Positions 16,034 through 25,312 of a stretch of 32,410 nucleotides of DNA are shown here, one piece after another. The first letter of the stretch is position 1; each line of letters begins with the position of its first letter. The stretch comes from Anaerolineales bacterium (lineage in GTDB: Bacteria > Chloroflexota > Anaerolineae > Anaerolineales > UBA6663). The notes beneath the pieces are model-generated. The model saw nothing but the letters and a program-made list of their open reading frames with translations. It made no database searches and was not told where the DNA came from. Position numbers and translations under genes: made by a program. The stretch is taken from assembly GCA_052387475.1 (NCBI GenBank), contig JBQTJD010000835.1, positions 1-32,410 on the forward strand. The letters are read 5' to 3'.

Positions 16034-16990
16034 TCATTCGTTCGAGATATGAGTGCCGGTCTCGCCACGCAGCGCGCGTGTAATGCTCTCCGGGTTTGTC
16101 ACCAACGCCTGTCGGCCGCCGTTTTCCAAAAAGCTGATGATGGCGCTGATCTTTGGCTCCATGCTGCCTTTGGCAAAATGTCCCTCGGCGCGATATTGCC
16201 TGGCCTCTGCCAACGTCATATGATCAAGCCAGCGCTGAGTTGGCTTATTGAAATTGATAGCGACCTTTTCGACTTCGGTCGAAATCAGAAAAAGATCGGC
16301 CTGGATGCTCGAGGCGAGCAGCGCCGAAGCAAGGTCTTTGTCAATCACTGCCTCCACACCGCTCAACTCACCCGCTTCGTTTCGAATGACCGGGATGCCG
16401 CCTCCCCCAACGCCGACCACAGTAAAGCCCGCATTCACCAGTGACATGATCGCCTCTTGTTGCAGGATCTGTTTTGGCGCGGGGGAGGCAACGACGCGCC
16501 GCCAGCCGCGCCCGGCATCTTCGACCACCGTCCAGCCGTATTGTTCGTGGTTCTTCTGCGCGCTGGCCTCATCCATGAACGAGCCAATCGGTTTGCTGGG
16601 ACGCTGAAAGGCCGGGTCGTCGCGATCCACCAGCACTTGCGTGACCACGGTCGCCGCCTGTCGGCTCAAGCCCCGTTTGCCAAACTCAATGAGCAGCGCC
16701 ATCTGAAACATGTAGCCAATCGCGCCCTGCGAGTCTGCTCCGCAATAATCTAGCGGGACGGCGTGCAGCTCGTGCAGCGAGAGTTCCGAACGGCGCAGGA
16801 TGAAGCCGACCTGCGGGCCGTTGCCGTGTGTGACGATCACGTTCCAGCCCTCTTGCAGCATGTCGGTGATGCGCGCCATCATCTCGCTGGCCGCCGCGTA
16901 TTGATCGGAGATGGTCTTGTGTTGAGCGTCTTTGATCAGCGCATTGCCGCCAACGGCCACGACCGCGAGTTTGGGGCTGGTGGTATTCAT
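16034..16990 (-). CDS. arcC: Carbamate kinase
   Basis: The motifs AVVAVGGNAL and VIVTHGNGPQVG are present, the length is 318 aa, and it lies downstream of the fdrA and DUF1116 genes. Confidence 0.85.
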   Translation of the reverse strand: MNTTSPKLAVVAVGGNALIKDAQHKTISDQYAAASEMMARITDMLQEGWNVIVTHGNGPQVGFILRRSELSLHELHAVPLDYCGADSQGAIGYMFQMALLIEFGKRGLSRQAATVVTQVLVDRDDPAFQRPSKPIGSFMDEASAQKNHEQYGWTVVEDAGRGWRRVVASPAPKQILQQEAIMSLVNAGFTVVGVGGGGIPVIRNEAGELSGVEAVIDKDLASALLASSIQADLFLISTEVEKVAINFNKPTQRWLDHMTLAEARQYRAEGHFAKGSMEPKISAIISFLENGGRQALVTNPESITRALRGETGTHISNE

Positions 16991-17038
16991 CAGGTTCTCC
17001 TTCAGTGCGGATGATTATGAAGCAACGCTGAGGTGATA

Positions 17039-18463
17039 TTACACCACTCGATCTGTCGCTAATGCGCTGACGGCCTGCTCAAAGCAGGCGAGCGGCGCGC
17101 GCGTGATACCAGCGCCGATCTGCCCGATACCCGCCGCGCGGTGCGCGATGCCGGTGTTGATAACAGGGGCGATGCCGGTGTCCACGACTTTGCGGGCGTC
17201 AATGCCGCAGGGCGTCCCGGAAAACCCGAGCGGCGGCAGGGTGAAAGCGTTATTCACACCCAGGGTGATGTGCGCCATGTCGCGCGTGTAGCCAATCGCG
17301 TCTTGCGGTGTCCCGCCTACGAACTGCGCGATGGCAGGTGCTGTGCCCATGGCAAAGCCGCCCAGGCCACATGTTTCTGTGATAGCGCTATCGCCGAGAT
17401 CGGGCGCAGCATCGGCCATGGAATAGCCGGGGAAGAAGAGCCCTTCTACTATGGGGGCGGGCGCGGTGAACCAGCGGTCACCCAGCCCGCTCACGCGGAC
17501 GCCAAACTCCACGCCGTTGCGCGCCATGACAGTGACGAGACTACTGCCACGGACGCCATGTGCTGCGTCCAACATCGCCTTGCACGCCGCCATTGAAAGG
17601 TTTAAAAAGAAATGATCGTTTCCAGCGATGAACTCAAGCACGGCAGCGCTGGTCGCGATGGGTGTTTGAGTTTTGAGCAGCGCGGGCGTCAGGCGTTTGA
17701 AGAGCAGCGAGGTGGCCGCCCCGTTGCGGTTGTGGCATTCGTCGCCCATGTGCAACGCTTGCGCGATGATGGGCTTGAGTTCGACTCCGCCGAGCACGTC
17801 AACCGCCGCGCGCATCGCTGGGCCGAGCACATCGCGCATCCACCGTAACCGCTCAATGACATTCGCCTCGTTCGCGCCAAAGCGCAGCACTTTCCCAAGA
17901 CCTTCGTTCAAATTGCTAAAAGCGCGATTGCCGCCGGAGGTGTTTTCCACAATCCACACCGGCATCGTTGGGCTGATCACGCCCGCCATCGGCCCGACCG
18001 CATGGTGATGATGGCATGGTTCAAAAGTGACCTCACCGCTGGCAGCCAGACTGCGTGCCTGCTCCAGCGTTTCCACCCAGCCCTCGTACAAAATCGCGCC
18101 CACAATCGCGCCCTGCATCGGCCCGCACATGCCATCCCAATGTACCGGCGGCCCGGCGTGCAGAATCATTCGCTCGCCCATGCCGGGCAAGGCCTCGCGG
18201 GCCGAGGCCACGCCGCGCAACACCGGCTGTGCGGCCAGCAAGCGCTCAAGCGCCTGCTGATTCGCCTGTTCAATATCGGGCCGATTCACGAGTTCGGCCA
18301 ACTGCCGACCGATCTCGCGGTCACTGCGGGCGGGCGGACTCCACTCCACATGCAGCGTGCCGCCCCCGGTCTGCTGAATCGACTCCGCAAACGACGCCAG
18401 CCCGACGTTGACCACGCGCAACTCTTGCTTGAACAGGCTCTCGACGATGGTGGACTCCGGCAT
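17039..18463 (-). CDS. DUF1116 (YlbE-like) protein
   Basis: The 474-aa protein lies immediately downstream of fdrA (adjacent stop and start), which is the same pairing as E. coli fdrA-ylbE. The N-terminus VVNVGLASFAESIQQTGG...VEWSPPA fits the family. Confidence 0.7.
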   Translation of the reverse strand: MPESTIVESLFKQELRVVNVGLASFAESIQQTGGGTLHVEWSPPARSDREIGRQLAELVNRPDIEQANQQALERLLAAQPVLRGVASAREALPGMGERMILHAGPPVHWDGMCGPMQGAIVGAILYEGWVETLEQARSLAASGEVTFEPCHHHHAVGPMAGVISPTMPVWIVENTSGGNRAFSNLNEGLGKVLRFGANEANVIERLRWMRDVLGPAMRAAVDVLGGVELKPIIAQALHMGDECHNRNGAATSLLFKRLTPALLKTQTPIATSAAVLEFIAGNDHFFLNLSMAACKAMLDAAHGVRGSSLVTVMARNGVEFGVRVSGLGDRWFTAPAPIVEGLFFPGYSMADAAPDLGDSAITETCGLGGFAMGTAPAIAQFVGGTPQDAIGYTRDMAHITLGVNNAFTLPPLGFSGTPCGIDARKVVDTGIAPVINTGIAHRAAGIGQIGAGITRAPLACFEQAVSALATDRVV

Positions 18464-20023
18464 TCAATGGTTCCTTTCACTGACAATCGCCCCCGCAAGC
18501 CGTGCGGCTTGCGCATTGCTTTCAGTCAGCCACGCGCCCGCCGCGCGCAGGGTATTCTCCTGTCGCGCTAAATTTTGCGGATCAGACTCTGTGCCGCAGA
18601 CGGAGGCAATGAAGTTCACCTCGCGGCTGCCCGCCGCTGCGCGCGCTTCCCGAATCGCCGGAACTAACTCACCCGCCGGATCCAGGTTCGAGCCGTAGCC
18701 GAGCACCACATCCAACAGGATCACGGCCACTTCCGGGTCGGCGGCTTCTTTCACAATACGTTCGTTGCGCAGGCGGAAGTCAATCATCGGATGCGGGCGG
18801 CCCTGCGTGAACGCGTCGTCTCCGAGGTCAATTGCGGTGTGCGCCTGACTCTGCCAGACATTCGCGAGGCGGTGCTCCGGCTTGAGTGGGATGTTGGAAT
18901 GGATCGAGCCGAGCGCCTCGCCGAGCAAGAGCAGGCTTTCAAAGCAGAACGTGCCGCCGCTGAACAGGCCGCGCACGTAGCGTTGGCCGGGCTGGAATTG
19001 GGCGGCGAGTTTAGGGGCGAGTTGAACCTGCTCATCGGAGAGCGGCCAGCCCTGCGTTGGGCGGGGCTGCCCGTGGGATAGCGCCACTGCGATGGCCGCC
19101 GCCTCTTCGAGTGTGCTGGCCGCCATTACTCCTTCACGTTCCACGGTTGCCGGGTCAGCGCCGAGAAAATCCACGACCACGGGTTTGGAAATCTGCGCGG
19201 CCTTCTCCAACACACGTGCGGCGACTTCGGGCGCGGGCGGTTTCGAGATCAGCACGATCACATCTGTCGTCGAATCGATAGCCAGCGCCTCGAGCGCCGT
19301 CAACATCGAAATGCCGCCGACCTGCACGTGCAAATCGTGGCTGCCGAGGCCGATGGCCTGCGAGACGCCGCTGCCCCAGCGGTCAATCAAACATGTCACC
19401 TGTTGTGTGCCCGTGCCGGAAGCGCCGATGACACCGATGCTGCCGCGTCGCACGACGTTGGCGAAACCGAGCGGGATGCCGTTGATGATGGCGGTGCCGC
19501 AGTCCGGGCCCATCACCAGCAAGCCATGCTCACGCGCGTATTGCTTCAACACAATTTCATCGGCCAGGCTGACGTTGTCACTGAACAACATGACGTGCAG
19601 GCCGTGGTGCAGGGCTTTGAGCGCCTCAGACGCGGCGTAATCGCCCGGCGTGGAGATCAGCGCGAAGTTTGCGTCGGGCAGCACGTTGAGCGCCATCTCG
19701 ATGCTGCGCGGCGGGGTGCGGCGCGGTCCGGAACCATCACCCGAGTCGGTGGAGCGGCGCGTGAGAGACGCCAGCGCTTCATCGAGAATCTTTTCAAGCG
19801 CGGATCCAACTTCGCCCTGCAAGACGATGAGCAGATCATTCGGGCTGCCTTCGACGCTATCTGTGGATAAGCCGGCCTCGCGCAACAGGTCGAGGTTGTT
19901 TTCGGTCGCCATCACCGCCGAGGCCTGCTGCACGCCCGATTGTTCGGACAGCCCTTTGGAGAATTGCATCAGGGCCACCGAATCGCGGTAAAAGTTTTTC
20001 AGCACACGTTGAACAGTGGGCAT
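18464..20023 (-). CDS. fdrA: FdrA-like protein (succinyl-CoA synthetase-like CoA-binding/ligase fold)
   Basis: The N-terminus VLKNFYRDSVALMQFS is typical of FdrA, and the protein has CoA-ligase-like Gly-rich segments. The ATG at 20023 is preferred over 20065. Confidence 0.75.
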   Translation of the reverse strand: MPTVQRVLKNFYRDSVALMQFSKGLSEQSGVQQASAVMATENNLDLLREAGLSTDSVEGSPNDLLIVLQGEVGSALEKILDEALASLTRRSTDSGDGSGPRRTPPRSIEMALNVLPDANFALISTPGDYAASEALKALHHGLHVMLFSDNVSLADEIVLKQYAREHGLLVMGPDCGTAIINGIPLGFANVVRRGSIGVIGASGTGTQQVTCLIDRWGSGVSQAIGLGSHDLHVQVGGISMLTALEALAIDSTTDVIVLISKPPAPEVAARVLEKAAQISKPVVVDFLGADPATVEREGVMAASTLEEAAAIAVALSHGQPRPTQGWPLSDEQVQLAPKLAAQFQPGQRYVRGLFSGGTFCFESLLLLGEALGSIHSNIPLKPEHRLANVWQSQAHTAIDLGDDAFTQGRPHPMIDFRLRNERIVKEAADPEVAVILLDVVLGYGSNLDPAGELVPAIREARAAAGSREVNFIASVCGTESDPQNLARQENTLRAAGAWLTESNAQAARLAGAIVSERNH

Positions 20024-20050
20024 ACAGCTCTCAATCGCGAGGGGTAGTCG

Positions 20051-20094
20051 CCCCGAGCTACGCAAATCCCCAAACAGATTTGCGTAGCTCGGGG
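20051..20094. repeat. Perfect 18-bp inverted repeat with an 8-nt spacer
   Basis: CCCCGAGCTACGCAAATC-CCCAAACA-GATTTGCGTAGCTCGGGG lies between the permease stop (20123) and the fdrA start (20023). No U-tract follows on either strand. Confidence 0.6.
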
Positions 20095-20122
20095 TAAGAA
20101 ATTCGGGTTGAAGAGACGAGGA

Positions 20123-21706
20123 TCAATCGCTGGCGCCGGCCGCTGCCTTTTGTTCGACCACCTGGGGCGCGGTTTCGTTGCGGGTGTAGTACATCATCAC
20201 CGTCAACAGCGCCGCTATCGACAGATAGCCGACGGTCGGGCCCCAAGCGTTGCTGAAGTTGGCCGGGTCGAGGCTGGGCAGAAAGCGCAGTTCGGTCGCA
20301 TGGATGAAGCCCACGTAGGCGCATAGCGCGCCGAAGAGGGAGTACCCAATGGCGCCTTTCCAGTTACGATCGATCACGTAAGCGGCGATGGCGGCCAGGA
20401 TCATGCCGGACAGGATCGCACCCGCGCCGAGGATCGCCATGCCTCCGTAACTAACTCCGTTGCTGGCCAGTTGGTCGAGGCCGAGCGTCGCCGCGTTGGT
20501 GCCGGCTGCGTTCAATCCATTATCCACCTGCGTTTTGACAAAGTCGGCAATCCACGGCACGATCGCCAACGCTACCGCTGGAGCGTGTCGAGCCGGGCTG
20601 GCGTTGAAGGCCTGCGAGGTGATCAACATGCCGATGTAGACCAGGATTGGCAGAATGGCAACAATCGGAATAATCGCCGAAAGGATGCCCAGCAGGCCAA
20701 GCACGCCGAGCAGTAGCATCACCACGCCAGTCAGCCACGAGTAGCCCACGCGCGACCCGACCGATTTCCAGCCGGGATGGCCAATATAGATGAGAGTCGG
20801 GAACGGACTGCCGAACAGCGAGGCCACCAGCGTGCCACCAGCGGCGGCCAGCATGGCTTCACGGGTGTCATAAGTATCACCGCCCGCCAACGCGCTCTCA
20901 ACGTTGTTGAGCGATTCGAGGAATAGATAGATCGCCAGCGGGATGGCTGTGATTAGGTAGGGAGCGATGCGCGGCAAGCCTTCTAGTAACGGTTGAATCT
21001 GCGGCAACGGGAAGGCGAACGTCACGTTTGCGATGGCGTCAGTCAGCGCGCCGAGCTTCATGTAACCTGAAGCCCAGCCGAGGATGATACCAATGATCAC
21101 CGCCACGAGGCCGGCGGGCAATTTGCCAGGGAACTGCACGTTTGCCAGCCAGCCCACGAAGATGATGCCAAATGACACCATGCTGATCCAGGCCACATTC
21201 CACGCGCCGAAGGCCGCCCCCATGGCAATGTACGTGATCGCCACGCCCGCCAGCGTGCCGAGCATCGCGGCGCGCGGAGTCAGTTTCTGCATCGTTGGGC
21301 CGACGAACGCGCCGATGCCGGCGACGAGGGCGTGAACGAAGCACCAGGCCACGCCAACCGCCCAGATGGTGTCGAAACTCTCGCCCGCGATTTTGAGGGG
21401 CAACATGACTGCGAATGTGACGAGGAAGTAGTGCGGCACCGAAATGCCATAGGGCACCGCCGTCACGTCGTCGCGGCCCTCTTTTTTCGCCAGCCGGTAG
21501 GCCATGTAAGCAAAGTAGATGTTGCCCACCGCCAGCGACAGCACCAGCCCCGGCACGATCCGGCCAAAGAGAATCTCTTTGGGGAACTGGATCACGAATT
21601 GCATCAGGCCGACGGCGACCAGCGTGTTCGTGATGCTGTTCGTGCACAATCCGAAGAAGCCGTTCAAGTCACCGGCAACCCACAAGCGAACATTTCCTGA
21701 TTTCAT
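20123..21706 (-). CDS. Polytopic permease, putatively nucleobase/ureide-type (NCS2/AzgA-like). The family assignment is uncertain.
   Basis: The protein is about 527 aa and very hydrophobic. It is a paralog of the next gene (shared WVxGDxNxFFGL...FGRIxP...NIYxAxMAxRLA...GRxDVTAxP). The ATG at 21706 has an AAAGGA Shine-Dalgarno. Confidence 0.55.
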   Translation of the reverse strand: MKSGNVRLWVAGDLNGFFGLCTNSITNTLVAVGLMQFVIQFPKEILFGRIVPGLVLSLAVGNIYFAYMAYRLAKKEGRDDVTAVPYGISVPHYFLVTFAVMLPLKIAGESFDTIWAVGVAWCFVHALVAGIGAFVGPTMQKLTPRAAMLGTLAGVAITYIAMGAAFGAWNVAWISMVSFGIIFVGWLANVQFPGKLPAGLVAVIIGIILGWASGYMKLGALTDAIANVTFAFPLPQIQPLLEGLPRIAPYLITAIPLAIYLFLESLNNVESALAGGDTYDTREAMLAAAGGTLVASLFGSPFPTLIYIGHPGWKSVGSRVGYSWLTGVVMLLLGVLGLLGILSAIIPIVAILPILVYIGMLITSQAFNASPARHAPAVALAIVPWIADFVKTQVDNGLNAAGTNAATLGLDQLASNGVSYGGMAILGAGAILSGMILAAIAAYVIDRNWKGAIGYSLFGALCAYVGFIHATELRFLPSLDPANFSNAWGPTVGYLSIAALLTVMMYYTRNETAPQVVEQKAAAGASD

Positions 21707-21810
21707 CGTTTCAGTCCTTTCGTGCAATGAGTGGATGGATGAAGAGCCTAAGCGTGAAGGTGTGAATTATCGAATCAGGTACATCGGCCATCTGAGTTCC
21801 TTTCGGTCGG

Positions 21811-23385
21811 TCAATCGCCTGCCGGCGCGACGACGGGCTGTTCGCTCCCTTCCGGCGCAGACGATGAGTAGGGTAAGTACGCAAACCCGAAGCACAGCAC
21901 TGCCATCAACAAGTAGCCCAGCGCAATGCCCGGTGAAACGCCGATGCCCACTTGCGGCCCATGAATGAATCCAAAGAAGGCCAGCACCGCGCCGGCGGCG
22001 GCATAGGCGGCGGCAAGTTTCGGCTTGCGGTCGAGCAGGAAAGCGCCGATTGCGCCAATGATCAAGCCGCTGAGGATCGCGCCACCCCCAAGGTAGGTCA
22101 GCCCGTCATACAGCACGCCCGCACTGGTCAATTTATCCAATCCGACTTTGGCGGCGTCTGTTCCGGCGGCGTTCAACGCGCCATCTACCAAACCCTGTCC
22201 CCAGGCGGCAAAGTGCGGCACTAGCGCCAGCACAATCGCCGGGGCATGATGCCGGGGTGTGGCCTGAAAAGCCTGTGCGCCAATCAACGCGCCGATGTAC
22301 AGCAGAATGGGGAGGATGGCGACGAGCGGGATCAGGTTGAGCAGCAGCGGCACGATGCCGAGCAGCGTCACGGTGATCACGAGTGCGCCAGTCGCAAGTG
22401 AGTAGCCGATACGCCCGCCAACGGCCTTCCAGCCCGGATGGCCGATGTAGACCGCATTCGGGAAGCAACTCCCCAGACACGTCCCGATCAGGCTGTTGAA
22501 GCCGTCCACAAAAAGCACCTCGCGCACACTGTACTCATCGCCCGCCGCCGCGGCGCTTTCCACGTTGTCCATCGCTTCGATAAAGTCATACACGCCGAAC
22601 GGAATGGCGGTGACCAACAGGGGCGCGATATTCACGAAGCCGGTGAGGAGATGGTCGATGGTGGGCAGCGGGATGGAGAAACCGATGTGATTCAGTGAGG
22701 TTTGCAGCGCCGCTGGATCCATCACGGGCGCCACGCCTGTCAGAGTCGCGCCCCACGCCAGCGCGGTGCCGACGCCGATGGCGACCAAACCGGCCGGGAG
22801 TTTGAACGGGAACTGCACGCCGGCAAACCAGCCGCCGAAGACAATCGCCAGACTCAGCAGGCCAATCCAGGGCAATTGCAGAATCTGCATACTGGGCCGC
22901 AGGGCGATGAAGGCGATGGACACGCCGGCCAGTGTGCCGAGGAGCGCGGCGCGCGGCGTGAGTCTGCGGATGTACGGTGCGATGAAGGCGCCGCTCAGGT
23001 TGACCAGCCCCTCGATGAAGGCCCATGCCAATCCGGCCTCCCACGCTTTGATGGGATCGCCGGTGGCGATTTTGACCGGCAACATGATCACCAGCACCAC
23101 GATGAACATGTGCGGCACGCTTGGCCCGGCGGGCATGGCAGTCACATCGCTTCGGCCGGTTTTGGCAGCCAGGCGACGGGCCATGAAAGCATAATAGATG
23201 TTGCTCAGGAAGAGCATGAGGCCGACCGCCGGGATGATGCGCCCGAAGACAATTTCCGGCGGCATCTGGACTACTCCCAGCAGCAGACCGGATAGCACCA
23301 AAATGTTGAGCAGGCTGTTAACGCCCAAGCCAAAGAAGGCATTCCAGTCGCCTGGCACCCACCAGGGGATTTGATTCTTGTTCAT
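21811..23385 (-). CDS. Polytopic permease, tandem paralog of 20123-21706
   Basis: The 524-aa protein has the same motif set as its neighbour, and an AAAGGA Shine-Dalgarno precedes the ATG. Confidence 0.55.
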   Translation of the reverse strand: MNKNQIPWWVPGDWNAFFGLGVNSLLNILVLSGLLLGVVQMPPEIVFGRIIPAVGLMLFLSNIYYAFMARRLAAKTGRSDVTAMPAGPSVPHMFIVVLVIMLPVKIATGDPIKAWEAGLAWAFIEGLVNLSGAFIAPYIRRLTPRAALLGTLAGVSIAFIALRPSMQILQLPWIGLLSLAIVFGGWFAGVQFPFKLPAGLVAIGVGTALAWGATLTGVAPVMDPAALQTSLNHIGFSIPLPTIDHLLTGFVNIAPLLVTAIPFGVYDFIEAMDNVESAAAAGDEYSVREVLFVDGFNSLIGTCLGSCFPNAVYIGHPGWKAVGGRIGYSLATGALVITVTLLGIVPLLLNLIPLVAILPILLYIGALIGAQAFQATPRHHAPAIVLALVPHFAAWGQGLVDGALNAAGTDAAKVGLDKLTSAGVLYDGLTYLGGGAILSGLIIGAIGAFLLDRKPKLAAAYAAAGAVLAFFGFIHGPQVGIGVSPGIALGYLLMAVLCFGFAYLPYSSSAPEGSEQPVVAPAGD

Positions 23386-23454
23386 GGTTCAAATCCTTTG
23401 TGATTGCGGGAGGGCCGTGAAGCCCACTTGTCGCGCACCCGGCTGAACGACTCG

Positions 23455-24135
23455 CTATGTCTGACTTTGCTCCAGCCCACGGATGACTTGATCCGAGCTG
23501 CTGACCCAGCCAAAGATGCCACCCTGCGCTTTGACCATTGCGAGGGCCACGCGCTGAAATTCAGGAAAATACGAACCGACGCAATCGGCGGGCACAATGC
23601 ACTCGAAGCCGCGATCGTTGGCCTCGCGCACTGTGATATGAACACACACCTCAGTGGTCACGCCGCAGACAATTAGTGTTTTGATGCCGCGGTGTCGAAG
23701 AATGCCGAGCAGATCGGTGTCGTAGAACGAGCCTTTGCCCGGCTTGTCAATCACCGGCTCGCCGGCCGTGGGATAGAGTTCGGGGATGATGTCGTGGCCC
23801 GGCGCGCCGCGCACCAATATCCGCCCCATAGGCCCCATATCCCCGATGCCGGTCTTCAGCCGCCCGCGTGCTTTTTTGCTTGGCGGCACATCCGCGAGAT
23901 CGGGCCGGTGGCCCTCGCGCGTGTGGATGATGAACAGCCCGACTCTGCGCGCTGTCTCCAGCACATCCTTGCACGGTTCGATGGCCGACCGTAACTGGGA
24001 AACATCGTTGCCAAGCATCTCGCCGAAGCCGCCCGGCTCGAGGAAGTCGCGCTGCATATCAATCATCAACAACGCCGTGGACCCAGGTTCGAACTCGAGG
24101 GGATAAGGCTCCGCTTCAATCTGCAACTTCGTCAT
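23455..24135 (-). CDS. Isochorismatase-family cysteine hydrolase (amidase type, RutB/CSHase/biuret-hydrolase-like)
   Basis: The motifs ALLMIDMQRDF, IHTREGH and LIVCGVTTEVCV (catalytic Cys context) are present. The ATG at 24135 has a GGAGG Shine-Dalgarno, and the longer 24261 start is rejected. Confidence 0.8.
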   Translation of the reverse strand: MTKLQIEAEPYPLEFEPGSTALLMIDMQRDFLEPGGFGEMLGNDVSQLRSAIEPCKDVLETARRVGLFIIHTREGHRPDLADVPPSKKARGRLKTGIGDMGPMGRILVRGAPGHDIIPELYPTAGEPVIDKPGKGSFYDTDLLGILRHRGIKTLIVCGVTTEVCVHITVREANDRGFECIVPADCVGSYFPEFQRVALAMVKAQGGIFGWVSSSDQVIRGLEQSQT

Positions 24136-24157
24136 AAGGGCCTCCGAACTGAAAGGA

Positions 24158-24877
24158 TTACTTGGATGAAATGAAAGGACGCTCCGGGGAGCGTTGATCC
24201 CGATACGCGCGAGCCAGGGCCTCTTTGAAAGCAATCTCGACGTTGTCACGGCCTTGCTCAATGTTGTGACGCATGGCGTCGCGCGCCCCGGCCACGTCGC
24301 GTGCGGCGATGCTGTCCAGAATCTGAAGATGCTGTTGGCAGGTGATCCGCAAACGTTCTACCGTGGTGATGTCGGTCATGCGGGCGAAACTCAGGCGTTC
24401 ATTCAGCGAGTGCAGCAGATCAAGCAAAGTCTTGTTGTCGGTGGCGCGGGCAAGCGTTTCGTGAAAACGTTCATCCTCGCGAGAGACGTTCTCATCGATG
24501 TGGGGGAGATGCTGCAACATCGCATCCCAGGTTTGGCGTAGCGGTTCCCACACCGAGTGCGGCATGCCCTTTTCAGTCACACGCTCAACGATGTAGGTCT
24601 CCAGGGCCAGACGCACATCGTACAATTCGTTAATCTCCTCAGTGTTCGGCTGCTTGACGCTATAGCCACGATGAGGGACTTTATCCACCAGGCCATTTTC
24701 AACGAGCATACGCAGGGCCTCACGCACCGGGCTGCGGCTCATCTTGAATTCGTCGCAGAGCTGCTCCTCGGTGAAGCGATAGCCGGGCGGATACTGCCAC
24801 CGGATAATCCGGTCTTTGAGCGCCAGGAAAACGCTGGCGCTAAGGTTTGATTTATTAGGTATATCTTTTGGTTGCAT
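24158..24877 (-). CDS. GntR-family transcriptional regulator with an FCD ligand-binding domain
   Basis: The winged HTH is LCDEFKMSRSPVREALRMLVENGLV, and the C-terminal helical FCD-like region includes DERFHETL. Confidence 0.85.
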   Translation of the reverse strand: MQPKDIPNKSNLSASVFLALKDRIIRWQYPPGYRFTEEQLCDEFKMSRSPVREALRMLVENGLVDKVPHRGYSVKQPNTEEINELYDVRLALETYIVERVTEKGMPHSVWEPLRQTWDAMLQHLPHIDENVSREDERFHETLARATDNKTLLDLLHSLNERLSFARMTDITTVERLRITCQQHLQILDSIAARDVAGARDAMRHNIEQGRDNVEIAFKEALARAYRDQRSPERPFISSK

Positions 24878-24937
24878 GTGCTTGGCTTCCCCTTGCGGTT
24901 GGGTGAAACTTCATCCAGCCGTTTGCCCTCAGCCAAA

Positions 24938-24959
24938 TTGTATACAATTTTGTATACCA
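24938..24959. promoter_or_regulatory. Candidate GntR operator pair
   Basis: The perfect palindrome TTGTATACAA (24938-24947) is followed by TTGTATACCA (24950-24959), 61-82 nt upstream of the GntR start. It fits the GT-N-AC core known for GntR-family operators. Confidence 0.45.
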
Positions 24960-24992
24960 AATATTGCACAAAGTCAAGCGCCTTTGAGCCGT

Positions 24993-25114
24993 GGGTGCAT
25001 TTCTGGAAAGTGGCCGATTTGCTCCAAGCCCGCGTCCTCGCGGGCGTTCTGGCAGGACATCCGTCCGCGAGGACGCGGACGGGGAGCGGGCGACCAAAAA
25101 TCTGAAATGCACCC
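24993..25114. mobile_element. MITE-like 122-bp element with 11-bp terminal inverted repeats and an 8-bp target-site duplication
   Basis: The terminal inverted repeats are GGGTGCATTTC (24993-25003) and GAAATGCACCC (25104-25114). They are flanked directly by TGAGCCGT on both sides (24985-24992 and 25115-25122). An internal 14-bp inverted repeat pairs CCGCGTCCTCGCGG (25030-25043) with CCGCGAGGACGCGG (25065-25078). Confidence 0.55.
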
Positions 25115-25312
25115 TGAGCCGTTTAGCATAGGCAAAATCGAAGCATTCTCACCGATTCGGCCCGCATTCCGGCACCGCCATGCTCTTTACTGTCGCTTGG
25201 TCGGTTTGAATGCGAATGCTAACCCGTGTTCGATTTCGTGCTGAGTGTGCGGAAGTGAAATTTAACCGGGGTATGAGATGGATGGCCTGCACCAAAGGTT
25301 TTAGGCCGGGGG

